Below, one piece after another: positions 11,141-21,490 of a DNA stretch of 29,440 nt (position 1 is its first letter; each line of letters begins with the position of its first letter). The translations under genes and the position numbers were made by a program. Source of the stretch: Octopus sinensis (taxonomy: Eukaryota); assembly GCF_006345805.1 (NCBI RefSeq), contig NW_021832958.1:1-29440 (forward strand). Direction: 5' to 3'. The notes under the pieces were generated by a model. That model did not search any database, had not been told where the DNA came from, and was given only the letters and a program-made list of their open reading frames with translations.

Positions 11141-12685
11141 GTTCAACCAGCCCCTTATGAATTTTGTACAGAACCGGTTAATTTAATACGAATATTTTTC
11201 CCATTTTCTTGCAGCGTAGCCAAATCGTTTTGTAAACCGACTGAAACCTGTAGCATTCCTCGATAATAATGTAATGAAAACCAGCTGGATTTCCTTAAAA
11301 GATTGTCAAACAGGTTCCGTGTCTTCCCACCCTCATTTTCAAATGGAGTGGAGTTGATAAAGCAGTAAACTCTGCTCAGGGGTGGTTCATTGAAAGCTTT
11401 AATAACTCGATGGACCACGTTCTAAATGGTCACAGTTCACCTATCTGCTAAACCTTCTATAAACTGGCATTGCTGTTTAGCAGGGAGAGTTTTGGGAGAG
11501 CAGAATGTAACCCTGCAGCAGGCCAGAGCCAAATCAGAGGGAAGAGTAAGGGCTCAATCGTCAGATGTGGGATCTGTTGGGAGCTACAAGTCGAAGAGAT
11601 GTATGGAACCTGCAAGAGTTATGTTTCAATAGGAGATTCACATGTTAGGCACTCCAAAAACATTTGAAAGCGAAAACCATTTTGATTTTGGCATTTTCTA
11701 AAGAAAAATCTACTGCAGTGCTTTTCCACAAACCTGTTGTAGGCAACAGCAAAAGGTAAGCGGGAAACCATTTTAGCTTATACGAAAATCAGTTACTTAC
11801 TGTATCAGATATTAAAATACGTTTTCTTTTATTGGCTCCTGGGAGTGTAAGCTTCACCTTTTTTTTCTCCTTCTAGGGCCTATAAAATAACTGGCTGTAT
11901 AAGGGATTTATTTAACAGGCTCGTTTCTGAAGGCCCTTTTTTGCTGGTAAGAAGAATTTTTCTTTGATAAATATTTGAATTTATGAAACTATTCGTAACT
12001 CTGTCTAATCTTAGACCCTCGATGTTTAATGTTTTCTTGTTCCCACTTCACAAATGGCCTTGGCAAATTTTGAATTAGTTTACAATCTGCCATGTTGAGA
12101 TAGGTTATCTGCAGTAGATATCCCCTGCTTATAATGTTGACTGTTCCACAATTCTAAGAATTGGTCTTTGATTAATGGTGCCTTTCACTGCCAGCATGTT
12201 GCTTTTCATCCAGCTTTTATTCATTCATGTATGTCTATACTGGAACGGTCTTTTTTGCCAAATATAGCAGCTGATGTTGATTCCAGTTTTAAAATCTTTG
12301 TAATCAGAAGACGGTTCTTAAACAATGGTTAGGTGCTGACCCCTTTCTCCAGAACTTCACAAGCACAGTTTTCTTAAATTTTGGATCATTAAAACATCAA
12401 TGTTTGTCTATTGAGCATTCTGAATGTTTTCTCTGAGGAAGATACTAAATTCTATGCAATTTATATAACCAAGTTGGAAAATATTTTATATATATCTGGT
12501 ATTCAGGAGTTAGGGAAGATTTTTAAACTGAAGAAAAATTGGTCAACAATTTGTCCGATTAATCAGGGTTCATGTTGTAAGAAATTATGTAATTTTATAC
12601 CCCTATCCACGTGCACGGTCACGTGATATAAAATTATTCTGTAATGCTTTCTCAAATCTCTAATTCTTTTAGAAGCTGGTATTTC

Positions 12686-12907
12686 TGACAGAGGACGAAA
12701 GTTTGGTGAAGTGGAGGTGAGATATAGAAGTGAGGAAGTAGCAACGGAAAATGCAGTAAAAACACTGAGCCACGTGGATATAATCCTTCTGCCCACATAC
12801 CTGTGACAGTGAGCATCCCGCGTAAGAGTTGAAGGCTTACCGCCTGAAATAGACGTGGTATGGATAGCGGCAGCCATCTTAGCAGAAAATTAAGAAAACA
12901 TAACAGT
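12686..12907 (+). mobile_element. Inverted duplicate of part of the adjacent Tx1/L1-like ORF1
   Basis: 222 bp; reverse complement of 13827-14048 with 8 mismatches. Confidence 0.93.
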
Positions 12908-12928
12908 CCAACTCTTGACATGCAATAA

Positions 12929-14110
12929 GTTTTTCTTTATTACCCATACAGGCTACATGGAAAGGGACTTACAATGCATTGAGGACATATAACATACAAA
13001 AAATATAAACGTATATGATGAATGAACGAAAATGAATTACGAAAGAGGTGTTACCTGTCCCATCAGGCAACACCACTTGATTTCCTTAACCTGTTTTTCA
13101 TTATGTCTCTATTAAAATTATTTTTTAAATTTGTGGCCTGCATATCACATGAGATGTTTCCTCTATCCTCGTCCACCCTCCAAATTTCATATTCTTCCTC
13201 ATACCCCTCTAATTCCTTCTTTTGCATTTCCGATAACAATATTACATCCACATCACTACCCCCCCCCCGCATCATGCACATATGCTACATTTCTCTTTCT
13301 GCTTACCTTTCCAAACAAATCGTCGTCATCAATGAAACATGCGTAAGAGTACGGGGGGAGGGGATGTCTATGAAGCATTGTGTGCGCGTGTTTTCTTTTG
13401 TTTTTGTGATGGAGGGGACTGGGAGGTGTCAGTGTCTGCAGGACGAGGGTGGGACGATGAGGGTATGGGTGGGTCTTGGGTATAAAGTTCCTTGTCTCTT
13501 TTCTTCCTTTTTATTTTCTCTCTCTTTTCTTCCTCGTCTTCCTTCTGTACCATCTCTTCCTGTGACTTTTCCTCTGCCTTGTCCTCCACAATTACCTCCT
13601 GTAGTTCTTCCACTTTTCCTTCCGGCGTAGAGTATTTCGCCCTTATGTGCCCTTTTTTCTACACTTGTAACAGCGGGGAAATCTTCCCTCCACCCATACG
13701 TTCATCACTGTATCTCCAGCCTTCGCCGACTCCACTAACTCTTCCATGATTTCTCTTGATGCTTGTATTGTCATGTTGAGGACCTGTCCCTTCTGTATTG
13801 TACAGTCCTCCGTCGTGGCCTGTAACACTGTTATGTTTTCCACATTTTCTGCTAAGATGGCTGCCGCTATCCATACCACGTCTATTTCAGGCGGTAAGCC
13901 TTCAACTCTTACGCGGGACGCTCACTGTCACAGGTATGTGGGCAGAAGGATTATATCCACGTGGCTCAGTGTCTTTACCGCATTTTCCTTTGCTACTTCC
14001 TCACTTCTATATCTCACCTCCACTTCACCGAACTTTCGTCCTCTGTCAAGATATATAATATCTTGCCAGACTACACTCAATGCATACTACATCAGTTCTT
14101 ATTACATGAA
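12929..14110 (-). mobile_element. Tx1/L1-like element: ORF1 remnant with zinc knuckle followed directly by a 3' UTR-like tail (no ORF2)
   Basis: DRGRKFGEVEVRY…RVRVEGLPPEIDVVWIAAAIL…VWVEGRFPRCYKCRKKG(HIRAK), a CCHC knuckle with a frameshift. An acidic/basic C-terminus follows, then about 120 nt T-rich sequence ending AATAAAGAAAAA (AATAAA at 12936-12941). Confidence 0.78.
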
Positions 14111-14144
14111 GTTTATTTTCTTTTTCAGAACGGAACGGACATAA

Positions 14145-14494
14145 CGTGACGTGATGTGTCGTGTCGTCATGTCATGTCATGTCATCATGTCGTCATGTCG
14201 TCATGTCATGTCGTCATGTCATGTCGTCGTGTCATGTCGTCGTGTCATGTCGTCATGTCATGTCGTCATATCATGTCGTCATGTCGTCATGTCATGTCGT
14301 CATGTCATGTCGTCATGTCATGTCATGTCGTCATGTCGTCATGTCATCGTGTCATGTCATGTCCTCAAGTCATGTCGTCATATCATGTCGTCATGTCGTC
14401 ATGACATGTCATCATGTCAAGTCGTCATGTCATGTCAAGTCATGTTGTCATGTCATGTCATTGTGTCATGTCGTCATGTCATGTCGTCATGACA
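14145..14494. repeat. Complex tandem repeat of CATGT and CATGTCGT units (~350 bp)
   Basis: Direct reading; source of the MSCHV/SCRHV ORFs in several frames. Confidence 0.96.
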
Positions 14495-14584
14495 TCTTGT
14501 AGTGGACAGTCACCCCAATAGCGCTGATACTATTGGAAATATTAAGAATCACGCTTTTAATAGGACAACAATCAATGTACAACA

Positions 14585-14597
14585 GTATATATATATA

Positions 14598-14655
<58 letters not shown>

Positions 14656-14853
14656 TATATATATTATATCATCTTTACTTGTTTCAGTTCGTCGATCAAA
14701 TCGACCCAGAACTTGTTTTATGAACCTAGTATTTATTCTATCGGACGTAAACATGGCAACACTGGTTGTCAAGAGTTGCAGTACAAATACAAACACAAAA
14801 ACATACACATAGTGATATACATATACACATACATATACATACACACATACATA

Positions 14854-14885
<32 letters not shown>

Positions 14886-14902
14886 TATGCTTATATATAT
14901 AT

Positions 14903-14933
<31 letters not shown>
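14585..14933. repeat. (TA)n and (CA)n/(TACA)n microsatellites
   Basis: Direct reading. Confidence 0.9.
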
Positions 14934-14934
14934 G

Positions 14935-15420
14935 CAGGGGTTGGATAAATTAATGGAAACACCTAGCATTATATCTCCATAATTTTGAAATATCTATAAA
15001 GTCGTCAAAGACTTGTTTATTTTTATGTTTTTTTTTTTATTATTATTAGTGTTCCTTAATATGTTTTATTAAAATTGCTGTTTCTTTTCAGATATCATCA
15101 GAAAAAGGTAATTAAAATTCATTAAAATGACAGATCTATCGAACTTTCAAAGAGGTCAAATTGTTGGTGCTCCTATGGTAGGCGCTAGCGTAACTGCCTC
15201 GAAAGTAATGAGAAAGAGAGATAAACCTCCTCGTCGAAACAAAACTCCGGAAGAAAACCAAAACTTTCAGATACGGACCGTCGGACTCTTACGTGAATTG
15301 TTAGGAAGGATCACAAAAGTACACCTCCCAAAATTACTGCAGAGCTTAATGACTACCTCGAGAACCCAGTTTCCACAAAAACTGTTCGCCAGGAGCTACA
15401 CAAAACCGGATTTCATGTAA
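14935..15420 (+). mobile_element. Tc1-family DNA transposon, left end plus disrupted transposase N-terminus
   Basis: TIR-like CAGGGGTTGGATAAATTAATGGAAACACC after a TA run. MTDLSNFQRGQIVGA…, then frameshifted KLSDTDRRTLT*IVRKDHKSTPPKITAELNDYLENPVSTKTVRQELHKTGFH (Tc1 HTH region). No DDE domain or right TIR seen. Confidence 0.88.
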
Positions 15421-15959
15421 TTTCCATTTTTTAACTTAGTATACCGATCACAAGCAGTTCTTTCAGTATGGTTCCTCTCTATACACAGCACAAATGTCAC
15501 GAGCAGCTTTTGCGGCCTTAGAACCTTGATTAAAAACAAAAAGAAGGAGGTGTCGAAAATGCTTGTTTTTCTTAACTTGACGTTCCATTTTAATGATCTG
15601 AAAATAAACAAAAATTAACTAAAATTAACTAGAAAAAGAAAGCAAAATAGATTCCAAAATGATTCAAAAATAGAATTCACGAAAAGAATAGATTCCAAAA
15701 TTTTTTTTTAAACGGCGGGAACTTAGTTGCCAGCCCAATACATATAGCGGGGTACGTACACCTTTTACTCAGCTTGTAAGTAAGAATGTATCTAAATTCT
15801 GTACGACTTCTTTCCTTCCTCTTTTCTCGCTCCCCCACTCTCCTTTTCTTTGCATTCTCTTTCTTTAATCTCTCTACTTTCCTCTGTTATCTCCCTTGTA
15901 CCGTACCTCTGTCCCCCCACTCTCTCTCTCTCTCTAGTTCCTTCCCTTATTCTTCAATT

Positions 15960-16500
15960 CCTCTGCTCTCTACCACATTCTGTTCCTCCCACGTGACCGG
16001 TGCTCGACCAAGCATAATCTTTCTTTCTCGGCCTGACCACTGCTCGCACAGCACCTTATTTTCCTGTCTCTTCACTTTCACCTATGTTTGTTGCTGCAAG
16101 GCTTCCACTTTACGCCCCACCTTGACTTAACTTGTCCTATTAGTCGAAAGAAACCTGTTGTTATTCTTGTTGTTTGTATTTGTAAAATGTTCTCCGTTTT
16201 CTCGCTTTTTTGTCCGTGTTGTCGCACATATCCGCTCGCTTTCTTCCAAAACTTTAATGCCCTTAGCTTAGATTTTTGGAACCTATCAATTTTGAACCGT
16301 CTCAAGGGTAACAGGCCGAAAGTGTAATGATGATTGGAAACTTGACTGATGAGTAGAGAGCCACGAATGTTTCGTCCTGGATTTTCCAATGCACTGAGAA
16401 GAAAGACGTGGCTTATGTCGCAGTTCCATTCATCCTTTGACCTTTGTGATTTGTTGGTGGGGTTTGCGAAGCTTCGTCGTATTGGATTATGAATTCCCAA
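15960..16500. other. Unclassified, probably repetitive segment; possibly a Penelope-like pLTR remnant
   Basis: Follows a TC-rich tract and contains degenerate CTGATGAG and GCCGAAA motifs reminiscent of Penelope pLTR hammerheads; no recognisable protein. Confidence 0.25.
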
Positions 16501-16953
16501 GAATACCTGAATGGCATATCAAAAGAACGGTAATACACTACCGAGAAACCTTCGGTGAAACTATAGAGACAAAAGGATAAAAGAAAAAATGTTTTAAAAC
16601 AGAGAAATGACTTAAGGGTGAATTTGGTTCACAGAAACTGTGTAAGCGCATTGTGTGTATGTATGTATGTATGTATGTATGTATGTATGTATGCATGTAT
16701 GTATGTATGGATGCATGTATGTTTGTAGTATATATATATATATATTATATAAATATATCTATGTGTGTATATACATATATATATATATATATTTGTTGAA
16801 ATAGAAAGATGAATTTTCTTGTTACAGATTATTCAAAAGTTTAACCGATACCTGGGTAGCAAAAATCACAGCAGAAAATACACGGTTGGAGATAAGACCA
16901 TTTGGTGTTGCAACCGTGCGTTGGTGCGGATAATTGAAGTTTAATATTATTAT

Positions 16954-17266
16954 TGAATGGAAGAAATGGAGTTGAACGAAGATTGTACAGAATTCCTTTT
17001 ATTACATTCTACGCATGTTTCAAAGGCCACAAATTTCCAAATTCTGATTAAATAAGGGTACCATATTGTGGCTTTCTCATTAGGAATTGCTGCGCCTCTG
17101 TTCTGTTTTGTTCTGTCAACGGAATTCCTGTTTTTTCCTTATGAGAAAGCCACAATATGGTACCCTTATTTATCGAATTTTGGAAATTTGTGGCCTTTGA
17201 AACATGTGTAGAATGTAATAAAAGGAATTATGTACAATCTTCGTTCCACTCCATTTCTTCCATTCA
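16954..17266. mobile_element. Fold-back MITE with ~130-bp terminal inverted repeats
   Basis: 16954-17086 is the reverse complement of 17135-17266 with few differences; ~50-bp spacer; TA-rich flanks. Confidence 0.88.
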
Positions 17267-17287
17267 TAATATATAATATATATATAT

Positions 17288-17598
17288 ACTTAGATAACTT
17301 AGATATGTTTCGACCAAAGATTGGTCCAGGTCATGTCTAACTAATAGCACCACCTGATAGGATTATTCGAATCCTGTTTAAGTCAGTTTTGTTAAGTCAA
17401 GTTTTTTTCAAGTAGTGAGTTCTTGTTGGGTGAGTTGTATCCAATTATGGGTGGCTTATCTGTATTCTTTGAAGGAATCTATCCAGACTCCGTTTAAAGT
17501 TGATGGGATCCTTTTCCTCTTTGATCTCCCTCGGGACAATGTTAAATAGGGCAGGGCCTGTTGAGGAAAAGAAATTACGTTGCACGGTGCTGAGGTCA
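17288..17598 (-). mobile_element. CR1-group LINE 3' end (ORF2 C-terminus, 3' UTR, repeat tail)
   Basis: TVQRNFFSSTGPALFNIVPREIKEEKDPINFKRSLDRFLQRI(PDKPP…NKNSLLE after a frameshift), typical of CR1-group C-termini. Ends GGTCGAAACA followed by (TATCTAAGT)x2. Confidence 0.8.
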
Positions 17599-17895
17599 AT
17601 TCGACTAAAACTTCTTTTAAAGCTGTACTCCAGCATGGTCACGGTCCGATGACTGAAACAACTAAAAGAAAAATGGAAAAATACGGGTCTTTGTGTGTGT
17701 GTCACCACTTGACAACCGTTGTTGGTTTGTGTACGTCACGGTACACTGGTGGTTCTTCAAAACGAAACGATTAGAATAAGTACCAAACATGATAAAAACA
17801 AACGAAGTACTAAGTCGATCTCTTGGGCTAGACGCTTCGAGCATCTGCCCCCACATGGTCGCAGTCCAATGACTGAAGAAAGTGAAAGATATCAA
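17598..17895 (+). mobile_element. Two tandem SINE family A 3' fragments
   Basis: Both contain the tail motif cagcatggtc…atgactgaa(aca/gaa)…aaaga (about 17598-17680 and 17693-17895). Confidence 0.75.
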
Positions 17896-18034
17896 ATGAA
17901 AGATATTAAACCGGCAGAATTCATGATGCTGCATAAAAACCTCCCATATCATACAAGATCATTGATGCGGCACAGGTAGAGTCAGGTACGTTGTAATGAT
18001 GACCTCATTTAGCTGATGTTCGATCGTCTTCGAG

Positions 18035-18240
18035 GCTGGTGGCGTCCTGGCTGAATCATTAGCACACTGAGCAAAATGTCTTGTGGCACCTCTTCCGTCC
18101 CAGTTCAAATTCCACCGCGGTCGACTTTGGCCTTCATCCTTTCCGGGCTTGATGAAATAAGTAACATTTAAGCACCAGTAATCCATTTATCCCCCTCCCA
18201 AATTTCAGCTTTGTGCCTAGTGTAAGAAGGGTTATTATTA

Positions 18241-18241
<1 letters not shown>
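18035..18241 (+). mobile_element. SINE family B with (TTA)n tail
   Basis: ggctgaatcattagcac…agttcaaattccaccgcggtcgactttggccttcatcctttccggg…ttgtgcctag…gttattatt. The central gtcgactttgcctttcatcctttcggggtcgataaa motif resembles the Deu/Nin-type conserved SINE domain (from memory). Confidence 0.8.
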
Positions 18242-18270
<29 letters not shown>

Positions 18271-18272
<2 letters not shown>

Positions 18273-18731
18273 TCGTTGCACAGCTTCCAAAGCTGGAGAT
18301 GTACTTCGGTGTCAGCTCTTCCCTACCAGTGAACTAAAGTAACACCTCTTATTTTTCGAGCACCTTCCGGAGCATTCGAGCTGTTTCAAGCAGTGCTGTT
18401 TTCAGCAAGTGCTCCACCCTTATTGCAGCCCCTAATTGTTCCATGTACTTCACAAGATTTTTACTCACTGTTCCCAGGGCTCCGACAATTATTGGTATTA
18501 CTACCACCTTTTTCAGTGATCACAACTGCTTAACCTCCCAAGCTAACCTGTCATATCTTTCGACTTTTCTTCCTTATCACATACATTGTTGTCAGTTGGG
18601 CATGCTATATCTATGATCCAGCATCGTTTGCTTTCTTTCTCAATTACACTATGTCTGGTTTCCTATTCTCTGTTATGTTCTCACTGAATCATAAAATCCT
18701 ATATGCCTTCGGGTTTATGTTCGTACCACTT
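18271..18731 (-). mobile_element. R4/Dong-type RLE element 3' fragment (lineage C)
   Basis: KWYEHKPEGI…DFMIQ…RKPDIV…KRCWIIDIACPTD…RYDRLAWEVKQL…VVIPIIVGALGTVSKNL…KTALLETARMLRKVLEK*. PD-(D/E)xK RLE end with stops and frameshifts. Confidence 0.87.
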
Positions 18732-18782
18732 ATCATCATCATCGTCGTCGTCATCATGATCATGATCATCATCATCATCATG

Positions 18783-19608
18783 AAAGACTCTCGGATAGTT
18801 CTTAATTACTGGTTATTCTTTACTTAAAAGCAGCTACAAACAAATCACCAAAGGTTTCAAGTAGTGCCTTCTCCTGTAACTCAAAGAGAAAATACTCTCC
18901 TTAGAATGCGAGTTGTACCCAACAATACTGTCTTCTGGATCACCTCAAGCCTGACAGCAGCTCCAATATTCTTAATATGTTTTTCAAAGCCCTTGGAAAC
19001 TGCTCCTAATGCTCCAGTTACCACAAGGTATCACCATTACTTTCCTCGTGCCCCATAACTTTCCTATCTCGTCCCTCAGTGGCTGGTATTTCTCAATCTT
19101 TTCGGTTTCCTCACTTTTCACCTTCGAATCGTCTGGCATTGCAGCATCTATTATCTTTACTTCTTTTTTATCTTTATGAATGATCACGGTATCTGGTCGT
19201 CTCGCCTCTATGACTGGGTCGCACTGCATATTAAAATCCCAGAGTATTTTGTAATGTACATTTTCCTTTATTCCATCTTTCAGCTCTCTCGAGGTTTGCT
19301 TCACCGCACAACAGTCAGTGGACATATCTGGCCACATTGTCGTGTTTCCTTTTGTATTCGCATTGTGCGAGCTTACAGCACTCACTAACAATATGGCTTA
19401 TACTTCTCAGATCACATCCTGCACTGTGACGAGTCAGTGCTCTTATCAATGTGATATTTGGAGTAGTTTGTTCTGAGAGCTTGTTCTTGCGCGCTACACA
19501 CTAAAGCCTCAGTGGACCCTTTTAAGTCGCCTTTCCGTAGCCATTGCTAGGTTTTATTCCAATCAATCTCATCTTTATTCTTCAAGAACTGACTATGCTT
19601 TTTCTTGT
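18783..19608 (-). mobile_element. R4/Dong-type RLE element 3' fragment (lineage B): CCHC knuckle plus RLE
   Basis: WLRKGDLKGSTEALVCSAQEQALRTNY…CRM…SHIVSEC…YKRKHDNVARYVH…KILWDFNMQCDPVIEARRPDTVIIHKDKKEVKIIDAAMP…EKIEKYQPLRDEIGKLW…VIQKTVLLGTTRILRRVFSL. Confidence 0.92.
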
Positions 19609-19633
19609 ATTATTATTATTATTATTATTATTA

Positions 19634-19676
<43 letters not shown>

Positions 19677-19679
<3 letters not shown>

Positions 19680-19972
19680 TAGTTTTTATTTTTATAGCGT
19701 GCTTTCACTTCACTACCGAGCGCAGCTCTGTGTGCCTTGGGATGTGTTGTGCTATGGTGTCATGCTCTTATGGTTACTGTATTGAAAGTGTTTTACGTAG
19801 GAGTGTGCGGTGCCCAGTAGTGCAATTTTCTGTATGTTATATATATATACTTGTAAGTCCTGTGTTTTTGCTATGTATTTGCCTGAATAGTTTTTTATCA
19901 TACCTAATGCACCTACTATAATAGGAATTGTTTCTGTTTTTAGATTCCACATTCTGGTTACCTCTATTCTTT

Positions 19973-19975
<3 letters not shown>
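19677..19975 (-). mobile_element. R4/Dong-type RLE element 3' fragment (lineage A, copy 2)
   Basis: IEVTRMWNLKTETIPIIVGALGMIK…IQKIALLGTAH; homologous to 947-1251; (TAA)n on both sides. Confidence 0.88.
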
Positions 19976-20027
<52 letters not shown>

Positions 20028-20171
20028 CATTATTATTATTGAATCTCTAGAGAATCGAAAAAGTTTATTGCGGTGTTAGTTCTGGTTCTTTAAGCAAAAA
20101 TGTTGAAATAATCGACTGTTCCTCTCTACCCCTGATAGATGCTTTTTGCATATGTCCTAAATAAATATTGA

Positions 20172-20345
20172 TATGGCGGATTAGCAGAAATCCGGCTCAA
20201 CGTTCTGAGTTCAATCCCGATCAACTAAACTTTGTTTTTATGCTTTCATCCTTTCGGGGTCGGTAAAATAAGTACTAAACACTGGGGTCGATGCAATCAA
20301 CTTACCCGTAATTGCTGGCGTTGTGCTAAAGTGGGAAAGGTTATT
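20172..20345 (+). mobile_element. SINE family B variant
   Basis: acgttctgagttcaatc…gctttcatcctttcggggtcggtaaaataagtac…actggggtcgatgcaatc. Confidence 0.78.
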
Positions 20346-21134
20346 AAGAATGTTTCATCTGTTGAGGGCTTTTTGCAGGACCCTGTAGTTCTTCTCATGT
20401 TAGTGCTGCTACTTATGTTGCTGCTGTTGTTGTTGTTGTTGTTGTTGTCAATGTCGTTGTCATTGTTGCTGCCGCTAAATTTTTGCTTTTGGTGAGAAGG
20501 AGAAGGGAATTATTGTAGGTTTGCTTGTGGGTATACGGCGTTTTGTTTTGGGTTCTTTATTTTTAGTGGGAAGATTGTTGTAGAGGGCGTTGGTGGGGGC
20601 TTCACTTTGGGGCGTTGGCATTTCTTTCATTGTATTGGTGTCGATGCCGGTGTAGATGTTGTTTCAGGGTTGGATAGAGGGTGTTTGGTTGAAGGCTTTG
20701 CCCCTAATTTCTCTCCGCAACACATAAATAAATCTTTCAAAATTTTTACTTATTTATTTATTTACTTATTTAGACATAAATTTATATCCATACCTTTTTG
20801 TTTTTTTTCTTTTTTTCAGTGGAGAAGTAAAACGAAAATTTTTTCGCAGATTTCTTAAATTTTTTTGATGGTGAACAGAAAGGGAGTTGTTTGGATTTTG
20901 CTTTTTTTTTTCTTCTGCGAAGTTTTTAGGGGAGAATTTTATTTTTATTTCGCATTTTGTATTTCTTTATATTTTTGTATTTCATTCTTTCGGTTTTTTA
21001 GAGAGAAAAAACCAAAGCAATAAAGCGGCAAAGAGTGAATATGGAAGGGGAAATTTGAAAACTGGAAAGGGGACATATTTAATTTATTTATTTATTTATT
21101 GCGTTGTTTATCGGAATCTATTGTGCATTTATAT

Positions 21135-21137
21135 GTA

Positions 21138-21183
<46 letters not shown>

Positions 21184-21490
21184 TGCAGGCATGCATACAC
21201 ACATCCATGTATGCATGTATACATACATACATACATACATACACACCACACACACATACATACATACATGAATGCATGTTTGCATACATACACACATACA
21301 TAGACAGATAGAAAGATACGCAGGCATGTATAAACAAACAAACATGCACGAACACCCGCATACATATGCGACTGACAGAGTATATATACATATATAAGTA
21401 TGTATGTATGTATTATATATGCACACACAAACGTATGCCCACTAACTTACACTCTCACTCACAGATACACACACTCATGCGCGCGCGCGC
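21135..21490. repeat. Compound (TG)n/(TA)n/(CATA)n/(CG)n microsatellite
   Basis: Direct reading. Confidence 0.92.

Noticed and set aside
13022-13630. 202-aa plus-strand ORF
   Set aside because: Antisense shadow of the purine-rich minus-strand ORF1 remnant; no recognisable motif.
14151-14502. Cys/His-rich ORFs resembling metallothionein or zinc-binding proteins
   Set aside because: They come from the CATGT/CATGTCGT tandem repeat and are open in all three plus frames.
16346-16376. Hammerhead-like CTGATGAG…GAAT…GTC
   Set aside because: GAAA is GAAT, stem II is only 2 bp, and no stem I forms.
20480-21120. Possible host 5' UTR or exon region with acceptor-like T tracts and a 51-codon minus-strand ORF
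   Set aside because: Low complexity, no recognisable protein and no consistent splice structure; cannot be supported without transcripts.
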